DNA of 64,000 bases from contig CM039009.1 of assembly GCA_017499595.2 (NCBI GenBank), positions 558,001 to 622,000 of the forward strand, given 5' to 3'. A model generated the notes under the pieces. That model was not told the origin of the DNA. It saw only the letters and a list, made by a program, of their open reading frames with translations, and ran no database searches. Positions 38,362 to 50,151 of this stretch are shown in pieces (positions within the stretch are counted from its first letter, which is position 1; each line of letters begins with the position of its first letter). The DNA comes from Psilocybe cubensis (lineage: Eukaryota). The translations under genes and the position numbers were made by a program.

Positions 38362-38580
38362 CTCGTTCTGTGGGCGATTCTCTCCCTTTGCGTTCCGCAA
38401 TCTATTTCCGGAGGCAAAACCGAAACAATCCCTAGCTTACTCCTATGGCACTCTCCGACCTGCAACCCACTACTGACGTCAAAGAAAATTAAATCGGATG
38501 GATATTTGGAACACAATTGAACGGGGTCGAATTGCTTGCAAGATGCGGAATTTAATGTCCCCTTCTCTCAAATCACAACC

Positions 38581-39021
38581 ATGAGCGCCCGTACTGCTAT
38601 GCTTCGCAGAGTTGAACCTGCCATCCGGAGGCCCTCCGTCACTACATACCGCGTTCAATCTTTTTCTACCACCAAGCAAAACCCCGTCTTGTATACGCCC
38701 CAGCGAAGCTCGCACAATCTGCATACCACGGGAATGCTTAAAGAGGATCAGCGAGAAATTGCAAAGCCTCACAGCGAGCACTTCAGACCGCTCGCCACAT
38801 CTGGAGATTATAGCGCATTTGGAACGGATTCGGAAGCGTACCATTGCCTGGACACGGATCCGCAGAGCGAGACGTCACCCTATGAGTTTCCAAAGAAAAG
38901 CGGAAGGCAGCTAAGGTACGGTGGGATGAACCCATTGAGAGGCCCTTGGGACGGCAGCTGGAAGGAGCCCGTCCTTCAAATTGGATTCGAAGGTTCGAAG
39001 GCGATTGGGCGAATTATGTGA
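38581..39021 (+). CDS. Hypothetical protein (146 aa), possibly mitochondrially targeted
   Basis: Intronless ORF with an Arg/Ser/Thr-rich, acid-poor N-terminus (MSARTAMLRRVEPAIRRPSVTTYRVQSFST) typical of presequences. Confidence 0.5.
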   Translation: MSARTAMLRRVEPAIRRPSVTTYRVQSFSTTKQNPVLYTPQRSSHNLHTTGMLKEDQREIAKPHSEHFRPLATSGDYSAFGTDSEAYHCLDTDPQSETSPYEFPKKSGRQLRYGGMNPLRGPWDGSWKEPVLQIGFEGSKAIGRIM

Positions 39022-39363
39022 ATGGTGAATTCATTTTTTCAATTTACACGCACTGGGAGATAGCAAACGCTTTGATCTAGATGTAGGATTCACGCACGGC
39101 GTGTTTGAATTATCATTATATGCCAGCTATTTGTTTAAGTACACAGACTGTATATTCGTTCTGTGTTGTATTTTATGACTCGGAAATGCGGCGTCAAGGC
39201 CATTTTCATTTTTGTCTTGGAAATCCACCGCGATTTGGTCCCATTTTTAGAGCGGTATGATTCTATCACCGGCTCCGCGCCTGGCATCATGACCATCTCC
39301 TGAGATTCGACTATCACCTTCAGTGGTATCACAACACTGCCCGACCATCTTTTGCGCTATAGT

Positions 39364-40370
39364 ATGTCACAATCCTCGTATTCAGGATATCCATACTCTG
39401 ATACCGAAGATTCTTGGGAAAGGGTGAGCAACAAAGTCTCCTCCACCCCAACCAGAGGCGCATCTCCACCCATTGCACCTTACCTAATGGCAAACAATCG
39501 CGATCACCCAGTCAGCAAAGCTGCAGACGGTCAATTGAAGCCAGGGATATATCGCATCGAGCATGCTCAAAGTCATGATAAGGTCATCGATCTGTCGGGC
39601 TACGACGGTGTCACCATCCTAGGTATGAGGTTACACTTAAGATCATCATTCACAATTATATATGTAAAACCGCTTACAGGATGGGAGAAACACGGAGGGG
39701 AGAACCAGAAGGTGATATTATAACTTTTAAATGATGATGAACTTAGTTAACAAAGTCACCTTTAGTGGGAGTTTGAACGATTGGGGCCGGGGTACTCTAT
39801 CAAAAGTGTTTTCAACGGGACATGTATCACATTAAAAATCGGCACTGTTGACGGGGTCTCGTTGACAGCATCCAAATTCCCAGTAAGCTGGGAGTTGGAA
39901 GCGGATGGTGAACTCTGGAGGCAAGTTATGTCTTAAAACCTTAATCAACTTTTCTTAATCTTGTTGCTTCTCTAGAATTCGATGGCCAGGGAGCGACTTT
40001 GTCTTTGATTTAGGTTCAAACACGAATGAGGTAAAGATGCTGGCAACCTCTAGAAGACTGAATATTCACAACGGTACAAAATTTGTAGGTGACGCTAAGA
40101 GCCTCCTCTCCTTCAGCGCCTACCCGACTTTGGAGATTGGTAGAGGAAATAAAACTTGAATGGCCAGAGCCTGAAATCAGCAACAAGATTCTCGAATTTA
40201 CAACACGTGCTCCAACAACGGCCAAACCATCTGTATTCTCAACGGCTGACACTGTTGTAGATGTGGAAGGGTTGAAATTTGGAGGGAATGGTGAGATGAC
40301 CATCACGACGACGACGACGACGGTTACCACTAGTGTCACCAAGGTGAAGAGGTTGGGAGGGGGCCAATAA
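39364..40370 (+). CDS. Divergent ricin B-like lectin-domain protein with N- and C-terminal extensions
   Basis: LKPGIYRIEHAQSHDKVIDLSGYDGVTIL|GWEKHGGENQK|WEFERLGPGYSIKSVFNG..FPVSWELE..WR|IRWPGSDFVFDLG..|..RLWRL, followed by a Thr-rich tail. The first three introns match the other lectins; intron 39921-39975 is GC-AG. Confidence 0.78.
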
Positions 40371-40666
40371 TCCTGGTGTGTTTGCAGTATTAGACTGAAC
40401 TGACGGTTAATTAAAATATAAGAATCGAAAATTTTGCTTCACCTATACTTTAATTGAAGTGCATGTCCGATCAAATCTGGATGATAATGATGTTGCTAAA
40501 TTCCTCGGGTGCATGATATCTGTGGCGCTTAATGGGCGCTTATATTTCATGTTAGCAGACAATCTCCATTCAATCAAACATTCATTCAACTAATATCTAT
40601 CGAGAGCTATTCAACATATTTCCAAATGTGTATCTATCCGCCAATCAACTTTCAAACCCAACTTTC

Positions 40667-41465
40667 TCAAGCTGCTCCCAAGATGAAGGGGAAAGCCCTC
40701 GCCGCGGTCTTGCTGCTAATACACTTGACCTCTTGTCCACCAAGGTTCGGCACGCCGAGAGGCTTCTTCACAGCCTCATATCCGTATTGTCCAAGGCCGT
40801 CTGTTCCACAGTCGCCACCCTCGATGACCGAGCCGTCAGGAGTACTGATTCCGCTCTACATCCAGATCAACGGATCAACACAGATATAAGAGGAATAAAC
40901 TAGAGCATTACTTACCCAGGTAATCTGCCCGTTGTTGAAGACCCATGTGACAGGTGGTTGGGTAGCGTCGTTGACGCTCGAACAATCAATCTTCGAGATG
41001 GTTAAAAGGAGATCGTCGGGTACACCCATGCACTGATTGAATTCTGGCAAAAACATATGGCCTATAAAGCGATATTATGAGTATCTGGAATCAAAGGGGA
41101 GATTCAGAAATTCAATGGCCTACCACTGATCTGTCCCCCAGGAATGTTGGCAAATCCTCCGGGGTTCGGGGTGCAGCCTTGGAACTCAACGCTGACTGTG
41201 CCGTTAGTCCTGGTGTCGAAGTTCAATGCGTCAAGACCGTCAAAGAACCATCCGGTAATTTCTGAAAAGAGGGTAAGCCCATTCCATCACCATCACGAAA
41301 TAGAGAGCGTTGTTTCTTACCCCCGTTTTGTCCGGATAGCAAGCCGGAAGCTACAGTAGTGCAGGTGACAGCGTCTGTAGCAGGAGGCGCAGTCTGTGGT
41401 GCAGCTGCACATGTCAGGGCGGCGATAGCGCATGCAGCGAAGATGTTGATGACTTTGAAAGACAT
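40667..41465 (-). CDS. Small secreted cysteine-containing protein
   Basis: Signal peptide MSFKVINIFAACAIAALTCAAAP; four exons splice in frame (..VEFQGCTP.. / GHMFLPEFNQCMGV..IDCSSVNDATQPPVTW.. / ..GGDCG..VKCISS..LGAA*). TATAAAA at 41564-41570. Confidence 0.75.
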
Positions 41466-43040
41466 TGTAAAAAGCTTGTAGAGGATGTGCTTCGGGTGCT
41501 AGGTGGGCTTTTGGTGTAGTAGCTGCTGCTGCTGCTGAACAAAATGAAGTGATTCTACGAACCTTTTATACCTTTTTGACCTGCATTTCTCTATTTTTTC
41601 AGAGGGATGAAGGGAATGTTCCAGTCGCGGAAAAACAGACACTCTCCCATCCATGGGGTCCAATGTGACCATCGTACCTGGTGGACACCCATAGCCAAGG
41701 ATTCAGCGCAGGCATCCAAGAGCACAATTTTTACAGGGCTGAGGCGGGGTTTTGCAAGCTGGCTACTCGGCCAACAACAATTAAGTCTAATAATGCTATT
41801 GAGCGAATGGAAGGAGGTCCAATATATCGCGGCTACAGTATAATAATAACGGACCTGGGAAGAGTTATTAATACAGGTGGCGTATAATTATAATTGGTGA
41901 GCCAGCATTAGAACGAGGACCTCGATAAGGTGAGAGGGATGTTTGAATCCGTAGTCCGGAGGCGTCGTATGTGGAACCGGTACAGGGATACTTGAAAGCC
42001 AGATACTTGGCAGAGAACTTCAAGTTTTGACCTCAGACTGGAGGAGAATGGGGAAATATGATACGAAATGCCAGTATACCTGGGACAAGGTGTATAAATT
42101 CTCAAATGATGAGCGCACCCTTGATAATGGGCGAAACATAGACCTCGTACTTTTTCATTCAGAATAACGTTACCTCGACCATAATATCCGGACATCACAC
42201 GAAGTAAAACGTGTTCACGCGAGGGCGCCTTTAGAATATCTAATCCAGCGCTCTAAGCGCGTCCCGTCAAAGCTGGCATAAGAAATACGTCCACGTCTGT
42301 TCATTCGTGGAAGAAAGAAGCGCAAGCTTGAGGAACGTGTGGATTTAAACGTCGATTTCGTCATCATCCGTCAACGGCATTGTAGGCGACGACTATTCTT
42401 TTGCCTGTGCTTGTATCAGAGTATTCACTTCAGGAAGGTCTACTGTCAGTAGCCATCCGGTATTGAAGCAATATAAGGAGACTTAATTATGCTATGCTTA
42501 CAGTGTCATTATCCAGCGCGAACTGGGAAGACTTGACACATATTATCAGTGCCTCATGGCCTATAACTCTCTAGTCCTTTTGAATACAAAAAAGAGGGTG
42601 AATTCGTTATCTCATCAAAACCTCACTACGTTACGTCTTGTATCAAAATATTCTGTATATCCATAGCTATTGGAAGCTTATTGGTTACGTCTTACCTCAA
42701 ATCTAACGACTTCACAGACAAGATATCTGTTTCAAGTCGACGCAACATTCATTTTGTTTCCTTCTAGTGAGAGATAAAGAAAATGTTTCAGACTAATCGA
42801 TAGCACAAACTGGTTCTTGTATCCTTTTCAGAAGCTGGGGAATAAATAGACCATCACTGTTCATAGAGCTCATCAAGAGAAGGGTGTATACTAATAATGA
42901 TTTTCTCACTGGTATCAATGCTTATCGTTTCACTGACTTCGATAACGCATTTTTGATTGCAATACGTTTGTATGTGCAATGAGTTTATTAACCCTCAGAA
43001 ATCTTTGGATTATCTGGAAGACTCCCCACAGCTAGCGAAA

Positions 43041-43468
43041 ATGAGCCAGTCGGCACAAGTAAGAATACTGTGTTTTTTCTTTAATAATTGTTGAATGATG
43101 GGACATATTTTGCATCCGTCTTCGAGCAGCCGATTATCTCTGTTTCAACGAGTCTCTCAACGGACAGCCAGAGTCCTGAGGCCACAAGTTCACAAGCTCC
43201 AGCAGTCAACCAGGGAATCGGAGGGTATGTCCTTTAAAATCCAACTCCTATACAAGAATGAAGTCCATTAACCGTGATACAATGTTCAAGGAGAAAAATC
43301 CCTACGAGCGGATTCGTTTTGATTTTGGTTTTCGGGTTCATCATTTTCTGTGGAATAGTTTTCACAGTGGTTTCTTATTTGCGGAAGAGGTGCTCACGAA
43401 TGGTACAAGCTAGGATGGAGCCAGATGAAATGGAGATGCGGCTTCAAGCTCAAGGGACTCGGACTTGA
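43041..43468 (+). CDS. Small single-pass membrane protein (MSQSAQ family, copy A)
   Basis: Three exons: MSQSAQ / PIISVSTSLSTDSQSPEATSSQAPAVNQGIGG / RKIPTSGFVLILVFGFIIFCGIVFTVVSYLRKR..QAQGTRT*. Supported by the adjacent paralog. Confidence 0.55.
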
Positions 43469-44047
43469 GCTTGATGTTTAAGCTGCTGCTCTGATACAGT
43501 GTTCATCGATTACTATGTTGCATTTTTCCTTGGATTAAAATTTGCTTTGCTGCACGAGGAAAACGACTGTGTCCCTTTTCCTGTTGGTTTGGATATTTGA
43601 TTTACTCCCCTCTTTTCTCTCCTCCCTGTTCAAAGAACTTCGGCTCGGCAAATACCGATGGTCGACGTTTCGATCAAAACGTGGTTCTATTTTTAGCTTA
43701 ATGAATAAACCAGTACAGCACACCCTTGTTTTTCTAATCAACTTTCTTCGCTTATATTGACAGGTAAATGAGATTTCATGCAGGTTAAACGTTTCAATTT
43801 GCAGGGCTTTCGAACCCAAAGACAAGATAAATATAGCCCATCATCATTCACGGTAGACCTCAACGCCCGAAACGAAAAAGTACACCTCTGGTCTTCTCAC
43901 TGTTCACATTAATATCAAAAGTTATCGTTTCCAAAAAAACAACATGTTCTTTGATCTCCATGTGGGATTCGTAGTATTCTCGGTACGTGCTTTACATATC
44001 AGCACTCATTGCGATGTGACATATCTAGGGAGACTCCCCGAACGACG

Positions 44048-44722
44048 ATGAGTCAGTCAGCGCAAGTAAGACGAATCCCATCTGTGTATAAAGTTGAATG
44101 CTGAAATTGAAGATAATCATTGGCGTATTTGAATCTTTGATTTGAGTAGCTCAGCTCGACTGTTGCTTTGTCGAGAAGTTTCAGCGTCCCCGAGCGGACC
44201 ATTGTAGTACAAGCCACAAATGGACCAAGCCTGTCTTTCTCTCATGTTGTTTCGAGAAGCTCCAGTGCAACTGGACAGATTCCCCAGCAGTCCATTACAA
44301 TACCAGCTACAAAGACACTAAACCAGAGCCTAGGGGGGTAAGTGTCCCAGCCTACCTTGTTATGCGGTAATCTTACTCTCATATTGCTTCGAGAAGCTCC
44401 AGCGCCACTGGCCAGATTACCGCGGAGACCATTGCAATACAAGCTACAAACACACCAAACCATACCGTCGGGCGGTAAGTCTCCCAGCATATTTCGTTGT
44501 ATAGCGATCCTACTCTCATATCGCTAATCAAATTGACATCATTAATTTGTGTTCTGGACGACAAATTTATTTGCTGTTATAGTATTCTGTGCTATTGTTA
44601 TCTGCGTATTTCATCGAGCGCGGAAGAGGTGGATGAAGAGGAGGGAGGCGAGGAGGGAGCGGGAACGCCAGCCGGAGGACACACGAGAAGTTCCAAGTCA
44701 GCAGGTTCAAGGGACTCCGTAG
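44048..44722 (+). pseudogene. Paralog of the MSQSAQ membrane protein (copy B) with duplicated stalk exons; probably disrupted
   Basis: Same first exon MSQSAQ|GTAAGA; stalk exons ..LNQSLGG| and ..PNHTVGR|; terminal frame FVFWTTNLFAVIVFCAIVICVFHRARKR..QVQGTP* is homologous to copy A. I found no phase-compatible acceptor before the TM exon. Confidence 0.45.
44239..44519 (+). repeat. 137-bp tandem duplication (two units plus the start of a third)
   Basis: CTCTCAT recurs at 44239, 44376 and 44513; the units share TTCGAGAAGCTCCAG, CCATT..AATAC.AGCTACAAA and GGTAAGT.TCCCAGC. Confidence 0.85.
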
Positions 44723-44806
44723 TTCTTGGTTCGATGTCTTCTTTCTTTCCTTCTGTCTTCTGGCCAGTGTCCATGGATGATCCGCTTGAACCTTCGGTTT
44801 TTTTTA

Positions 44807-45398
44807 AGATTGGGCTCATCAGAAACCAGCACCCTTACGTAATCAATGGGCTTGGCGCCAAGAGCGGCCAAAATCCAGCTCGAAAAAAAAATCAAAAGTT
44901 ATGTTGACGGAAAATGGTTTCAGACAAAAAGTTTAAAAAAAAAAAATTCATAAATGTGCATATACAATCCTTACTACTAGCCTTTATGCCCACAATAATA
45001 GAATTACACCTCAGAGGTCAAATTGTAGTCTCTGGAAGTCCATAATGAGTCTGAGAGGTATTACTTAGGCGTGACTTATTGTCACGTGTGGTCACGTGTA
45101 CCATTATATAAGCGGCCAAAAGAACATTGTCAAATTTTCGAAAATCTCCCAAACTCGAGAAAACACCATTTCTGACGTGTTAGACTAAAAAAAAAGGAAA
45201 AAAATTAAAATCTTTATAACTTCTTGAGATCAAAATTTTTTTGAAAAAAAAAACCACAGATGTGTTCAAAGAAGCATAACCTACATATCTGTGGTTCAAA
45301 AATGTAGAATAGTGTGAGTGCAGAAGGGTTGAAAAGGTTCGGAGGTAAGCCAACTTTTGCTTACCTAAGGGGGTGCTGGTTCCTGATGAGCCCAATCT
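44807..45398. mobile_element. Non-autonomous DNA transposon (MITE), 592 bp, 28-bp TIRs, TA target-site duplication
   Basis: Left AGATTGGGCTCATCAGAAACCAGCACCC (44807-44834) matches the reverse complement of 45371-45398 at 27/28 positions. TA flanks both ends (44805-44806, 45399-45400). AT-rich interior with no transposase ORF. Confidence 0.85.
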
Positions 45399-47300
45399 TA
45401 TTTCAAGGTAGCTAGAACATTCCCACCATCATTTTCCCCAGTTTTTAATTTTCCTCCCTTATCAAAGCGTACAAAGTTTGAAGTTTGCAGATGCCGACGG
45501 ACAGTATTGTTCTTAAGTATGTATATTGTATAGTACCAACGTTAACACGCTCAATTTGTTGTTTGTACCAACGGAAGCAGTCTCAATTCTTTTTGGAAAA
45601 AATGCCGAAGCACATTGGCGGAGGTGAAGAAATTAAGAATTTTGTATTGTTTGGACTTCTGCAATGTATTGCGTCACTGCAAAAATTGGCTACCTGGTAC
45701 ATGTTGAAAAGTCTCAATAGTACAATTTTTCTTCATGTTCGAGTCTGTGGCTAGTTTTCACCTGTTATTTGCCAGACTTGTCTCGCTGATAGTGATTTCT
45801 TCTCCTGTGCTCTTGAGTATCGTTACCAATGTGATTTTTTGCGTATGAGAGAGGAGGATGCAGAAACGAAAAGGGAACGGTAGGAGTACTTGTATGGGAT
45901 CATTCTTGGTCAACATTTGATTCATTTTTTGTTTTTTTGTCTAGCATCCATCATGACCAACCTTGAGCTTGAACATGAACCGTCTTTTTAACTTCCTGGT
46001 TGTTCGGATACTCTCACCATCATTTTCCCCAGCCGCCGTCATTCAAGCTTCGACTCGGGAGATGCCGACAGTCAAAACACGCTTCTATTTTTAGTATTGA
46101 CCAATACCACACGCGCTATGTCTGGACCTGGGATTTTGTGAATTCGGTGCAACTGCGGCAGAGATAAAAGTAAAACCGGTATTTAGTAGCCCAGGAACGC
46201 TATCGTTACCGGAAGATTAAATTCAGGAGACTGGAGGCTCGGGGGACTTGTATGCCGTGGCCGTGAGCAGGAATGATTGAAGAGTGCATCGTGATCGGAA
46301 GATTGAGGCGTAACATATCAGGATTGAGCGATAGATAGATGGCATAGTATGCCTGTCTATGTCCGGTGGCAATAGCAAGGGCTATATCCGCGAGCGTGTT
46401 TGCATTGTACGAGACTTTCATGAGAATCGTTAATTATCAATTGATGGGACCAAATTGTGAAACATAGAACGATACACTACATATAATATATGAGAAGAGC
46501 AAGTAGCCGTAATAACGGAGTTGAGAAAGCATGGCAGAATTGATAAAGAGCCTTTGTTTTCCGAACAAATTGTGCAACAAATTGCCTTGCTACACATCAC
46601 CAACTGCTCTTGCACCTCAGCTAGAACAGGATGGGTTGATGAAACGAACGAGCGGCTCCATGGATATTTGCCAGCGAGACGGTAATTTCCGACGGCGCGT
46701 TTAGGTGGATGACACACGCCATGTCTCGGGCATAAGGCTGGCGCGAGGTACTATCACGAGAAGCCTCCTGTGATCAAAAATGCGGCGTCTGAAGAGCGGT
46801 TCCCGTCGCTGGGCCCGTAGTACGACGAGTGAAATACAAACTATGCTGTCTAGAAAAGCAGAGGGAGGACACAGCTGAATAGCGTGAGAAGGCAGGGGCA
46901 AGGGAGGATATTCATGGTTACGTAAGAAGGGAGTTGATGGACAGCGGCTGTTGGACTGTTGAGCCTGAGAAAGCGAACAATTTCCATCTTTTCTTCTTCT
47001 TTCCAAACTTTCTTCTTGCTTCCACCAACTCACGACCAGTGACCGACGCCTCTCCGCCGACGACGACGACGAGCAGCACACGAATCTTGGCCTTTTCGCC
47101 ACCTCTGCCATACTAGACCTGCCACCTCACGTTCCTTTCGTCCCACATTAATACCCCACGGACCAGTCGACGAAACACATACCACACCAGCTTTTAGTTC
47201 TCAGAATACCATACTTACTTGAATACCACGTCGACGATACCAGCGCCTCTAATATATCCATATCAAACACCATACCTGTCCATTAATCTCCATTGCCACC

Positions 47301-50151
47301 ATGCCTGCTATATCCAAGACCGGTCCTTCGTTGTTTCTCGGGATCGAGCTCGGGGTTGACCAGCTTCGCGCATCCATCGTGGACGACACCCTCGAGCTCG
47401 TGGGTGTGGAAAGCGTCGATTTTGATTCCGAGCTGCCAGAATACCAGTGCGTTTCCCCATGCTTCCCAGCGTCGCTTCCCAGCCAGCCCAATCGGACTGT
47501 CCATTGACTCACGTCTCCGGCTGTGTTCACAGGACCCAGGGTGGGATATTCACGACGCCTGGAGAGGCATACACGACGCCCGTAGAGATGTGGCTTAAAG
47601 GCCTCGGTAAGAACCTTCTCCACCTCCAGTCTCAATTTCCTCCTGAGCGGAATCAATTTTTTTACTTTTGGAATATCCTCTTGGCTGCCTGCCCGATTTG
47701 GCAACCCCCTTATGTTGCTGATCGCTGACACGATCACGTGTTTAGATACTCTCTTTGAAAAGCTTCACCGCAATTACGACTTGACGAAAATAAAAGCCAT
47801 TGGAGGCGCCGCCCAGGTGTGTATTACGCTGTTTATATGACTGTTAGCTGATATTCGGGATATTAGCATGCTCTTGTCTGGTGGAAGTCCACCGCTGTGC
47901 CGTCCTTTGCATCGCTAGACCCTCACACTACGTTACACGCTCAATTCCCTGCGCAACTGTTTTCTCTCCCAAACACACCGATTGCTCAAGACACGTCGTC
48001 GCAGACGCATGGTCTAGCTATTGAGGCGCTTCTGGGCGGTCCAGATCATATGGCCGCGCGTGTCGGAATCGCATCTAACGCCTCAATGGTTGCAGCTCAG
48101 CTACTGCGGATCCGCGAAACCTGGCCAAAGGAGGTCTGGGAACGAACCGGGCGGATACAGCTCGCGAGCGCGTTTCTTGCCAGTATAATTACTGGTAAAT
48201 GGGCCAACATGGGCGAGGCTGAAGCATGTGCGACGGGAGCTTGGGTACATGGTGCTAATCACAATGTGCACAACTCCCCGCACCCAGCGGGCCAAGGGTA
48301 TTGGGATGAGGGTGTTTTGGAGATTGTGGGAGGAAGCCAACAGGAGGGGAGACGAGTGAGAGGGTGGCTTGGTGATGTTGACGTTTCTGGTGGATCCAGG
48401 AAGGTCGGGAATGTGTCAAGATATCTGGTTGAACGTTACGGTTTCGATCCAGGTGCGTATTTCCATGGTCAGTTGCATTTCATTTATTTAGGTCATCCTT
48501 TCAGAAACTGTTGTTGCGCCATTTACATCCGATTTTTTGGCGTCATACCTCTCATTGCTCCCATCTACCGGAGATGCTGTTCTTTCTTTTGGGCCTATGG
48601 ATACATTACTCACCCCAGCACAACACTATATTCCTACTCGTCTTTATAATCTATTCCCACACCCTGCTCAAGATGCCAACGAGAAACGAAAATACATTGC
48701 CGTCTTAAGCAGTAGGTTCGTGCATTCCGCTCCATCATAATTCAAGATGTCCGGCTGAGCTTCCGTTGTAGAAATGCTGATGTGCCTCGAGCTCTTGTAC
48801 GTGACATGTACACGAAGAGCTGGAGTGCTTTTGATCGTCTGGTGGCCATCGTTCCTCCAGGTGGATCTATTGGGTGAGCATCCGGGAAACCCAACCATGG
48901 ACAAGCAATGGTTTACTCATACATTCGTCCATCAGACTGGACGACAAGCTCTTTAGCTTCTGGCACCTCCAACCAGATGCTTACCCTTACGCCCGCGTCA
49001 AAGGTATCTACCGCTTTGAGACTGGAATCAAAGTCAACGAGTTCCGGGACCTTCGCGCGAACCCGCGCTGCCTCTTGGAGAGCCAGATTCTTTCCTTCCG
49101 TGTGAAATGGTCACGGATGATCGCCACCGGCGTCCTGGGCTCATCGCGCAAGGCAAGTGTGAGCCCGACACCGCCGCTCTCAGGGCGTAACAGCAGCTCG
49201 GGACTGTCGAGTCTTGGCCTAACATTCGATCCCTACGACCACACGCCGCTGCCTACACGCGTCATCGCTACGGGCGCGGCGACCAACTTCCCTAGTATGG
49301 CCAATCTCGTCGGGGACATCTTCAACGCGCCGGTGTTCGTGCCGCTCACACAGATTGACTCGGCGCAGGTCGTGCCGCACCGCAACGCGCCTGTGCAGGG
49401 CTACCCAAGCCGTGGTGCGCTTGGTGGTGCGTATGTTGCTCGCTGGGTATGGAGTAAGGAGTGGGGGACCAGTGGGCTTGGGGTGTTTGAGGATGAGATG
49501 AGGCGGTTGTTGGGTAAGCGCTGGGTTGCGACCGGCGGTGCACTCCTCCGTACGAATGTGAACGGCGCGACGAGTGTGATTGCGCCGTTGGCCGGTACTG
49601 GTGGGACCGGGAGCGGCGCGAACAGTGGGACGAGCACACCGTATGGACACCCTGGCCCGCGCTCGGCGCTGGGCAGCACGGTGTTGGAAGAGGAGGAGGA
49701 CGATGATGAGGAGCAGGAGAGGGCGATGATGGGGCTTAGAAACCCGGGTGTGATTGGCGCTGGGATGTATGGCGAGAACGGGCAGCAGCCGCGGATCCGC
49801 ACCCAGACGGCTGATACCTTTTCGAGCGGTGCGAGCTCGGTGTTGGGTGCAGCGTCGGCGTCGTCGGCGTTCACGACACCTGATCTTGGGTTGGGAAATT
49901 TGGGTGTGATGGGTGGACCGCCTGGACTCGGCGGTGCGGCGGTGGCGGGCTCAAATGGAAACACGGGCGCGGTGACACCGACGACCCCGACGCCCCTCAC
50001 GCCTGTAGTGGCGATGCCGACGGCGGAGGCAGAGATGCAGATTGGACTGGCGAAGGTGGCAGAGTCGGACATTGACTCGTTCATGACCTACGCCGCTATC
50101 GTCCCCGAATTTTCACGGTTGGAGACGATGGTGGTCAAAGGAATCGTCTGA
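47301..50151 (+). CDS. Xylulokinase-like FGGY-family (actin-like ATPase) protein with degenerate catalytic motifs and a Gly-rich C-terminal extension
   Basis: FLGIELGVDQLRA..VDFDSELPEY, PVEMWLKGLD, IKAIGGAAQ|HALVWW, RIQLASAFLAS, YLVERYGF, RCLLESQILS and RVIATGAA align with the xylulokinase scaffold. Confidence 0.8.

Noticed and set aside
44239..44519. CRISPR-like or satellite array
   Set aside because: Eukaryotic context, only about two diverged units and no repeat-spacer structure; explained by intron+exon duplication.
45424..46032. 18-bp direct repeat CACCATCATTTTCCCCAG at 45424 and 46015
   Set aside because: Too short, with no LTR or TSD features or convincing coding frame, to support a call.
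49401..50084. 227-aa antisense ORF
   Set aside because: Shadow of the GC-rich, Gly/Ala-rich sense exon. The same applies to most other antisense ORFs in the track.
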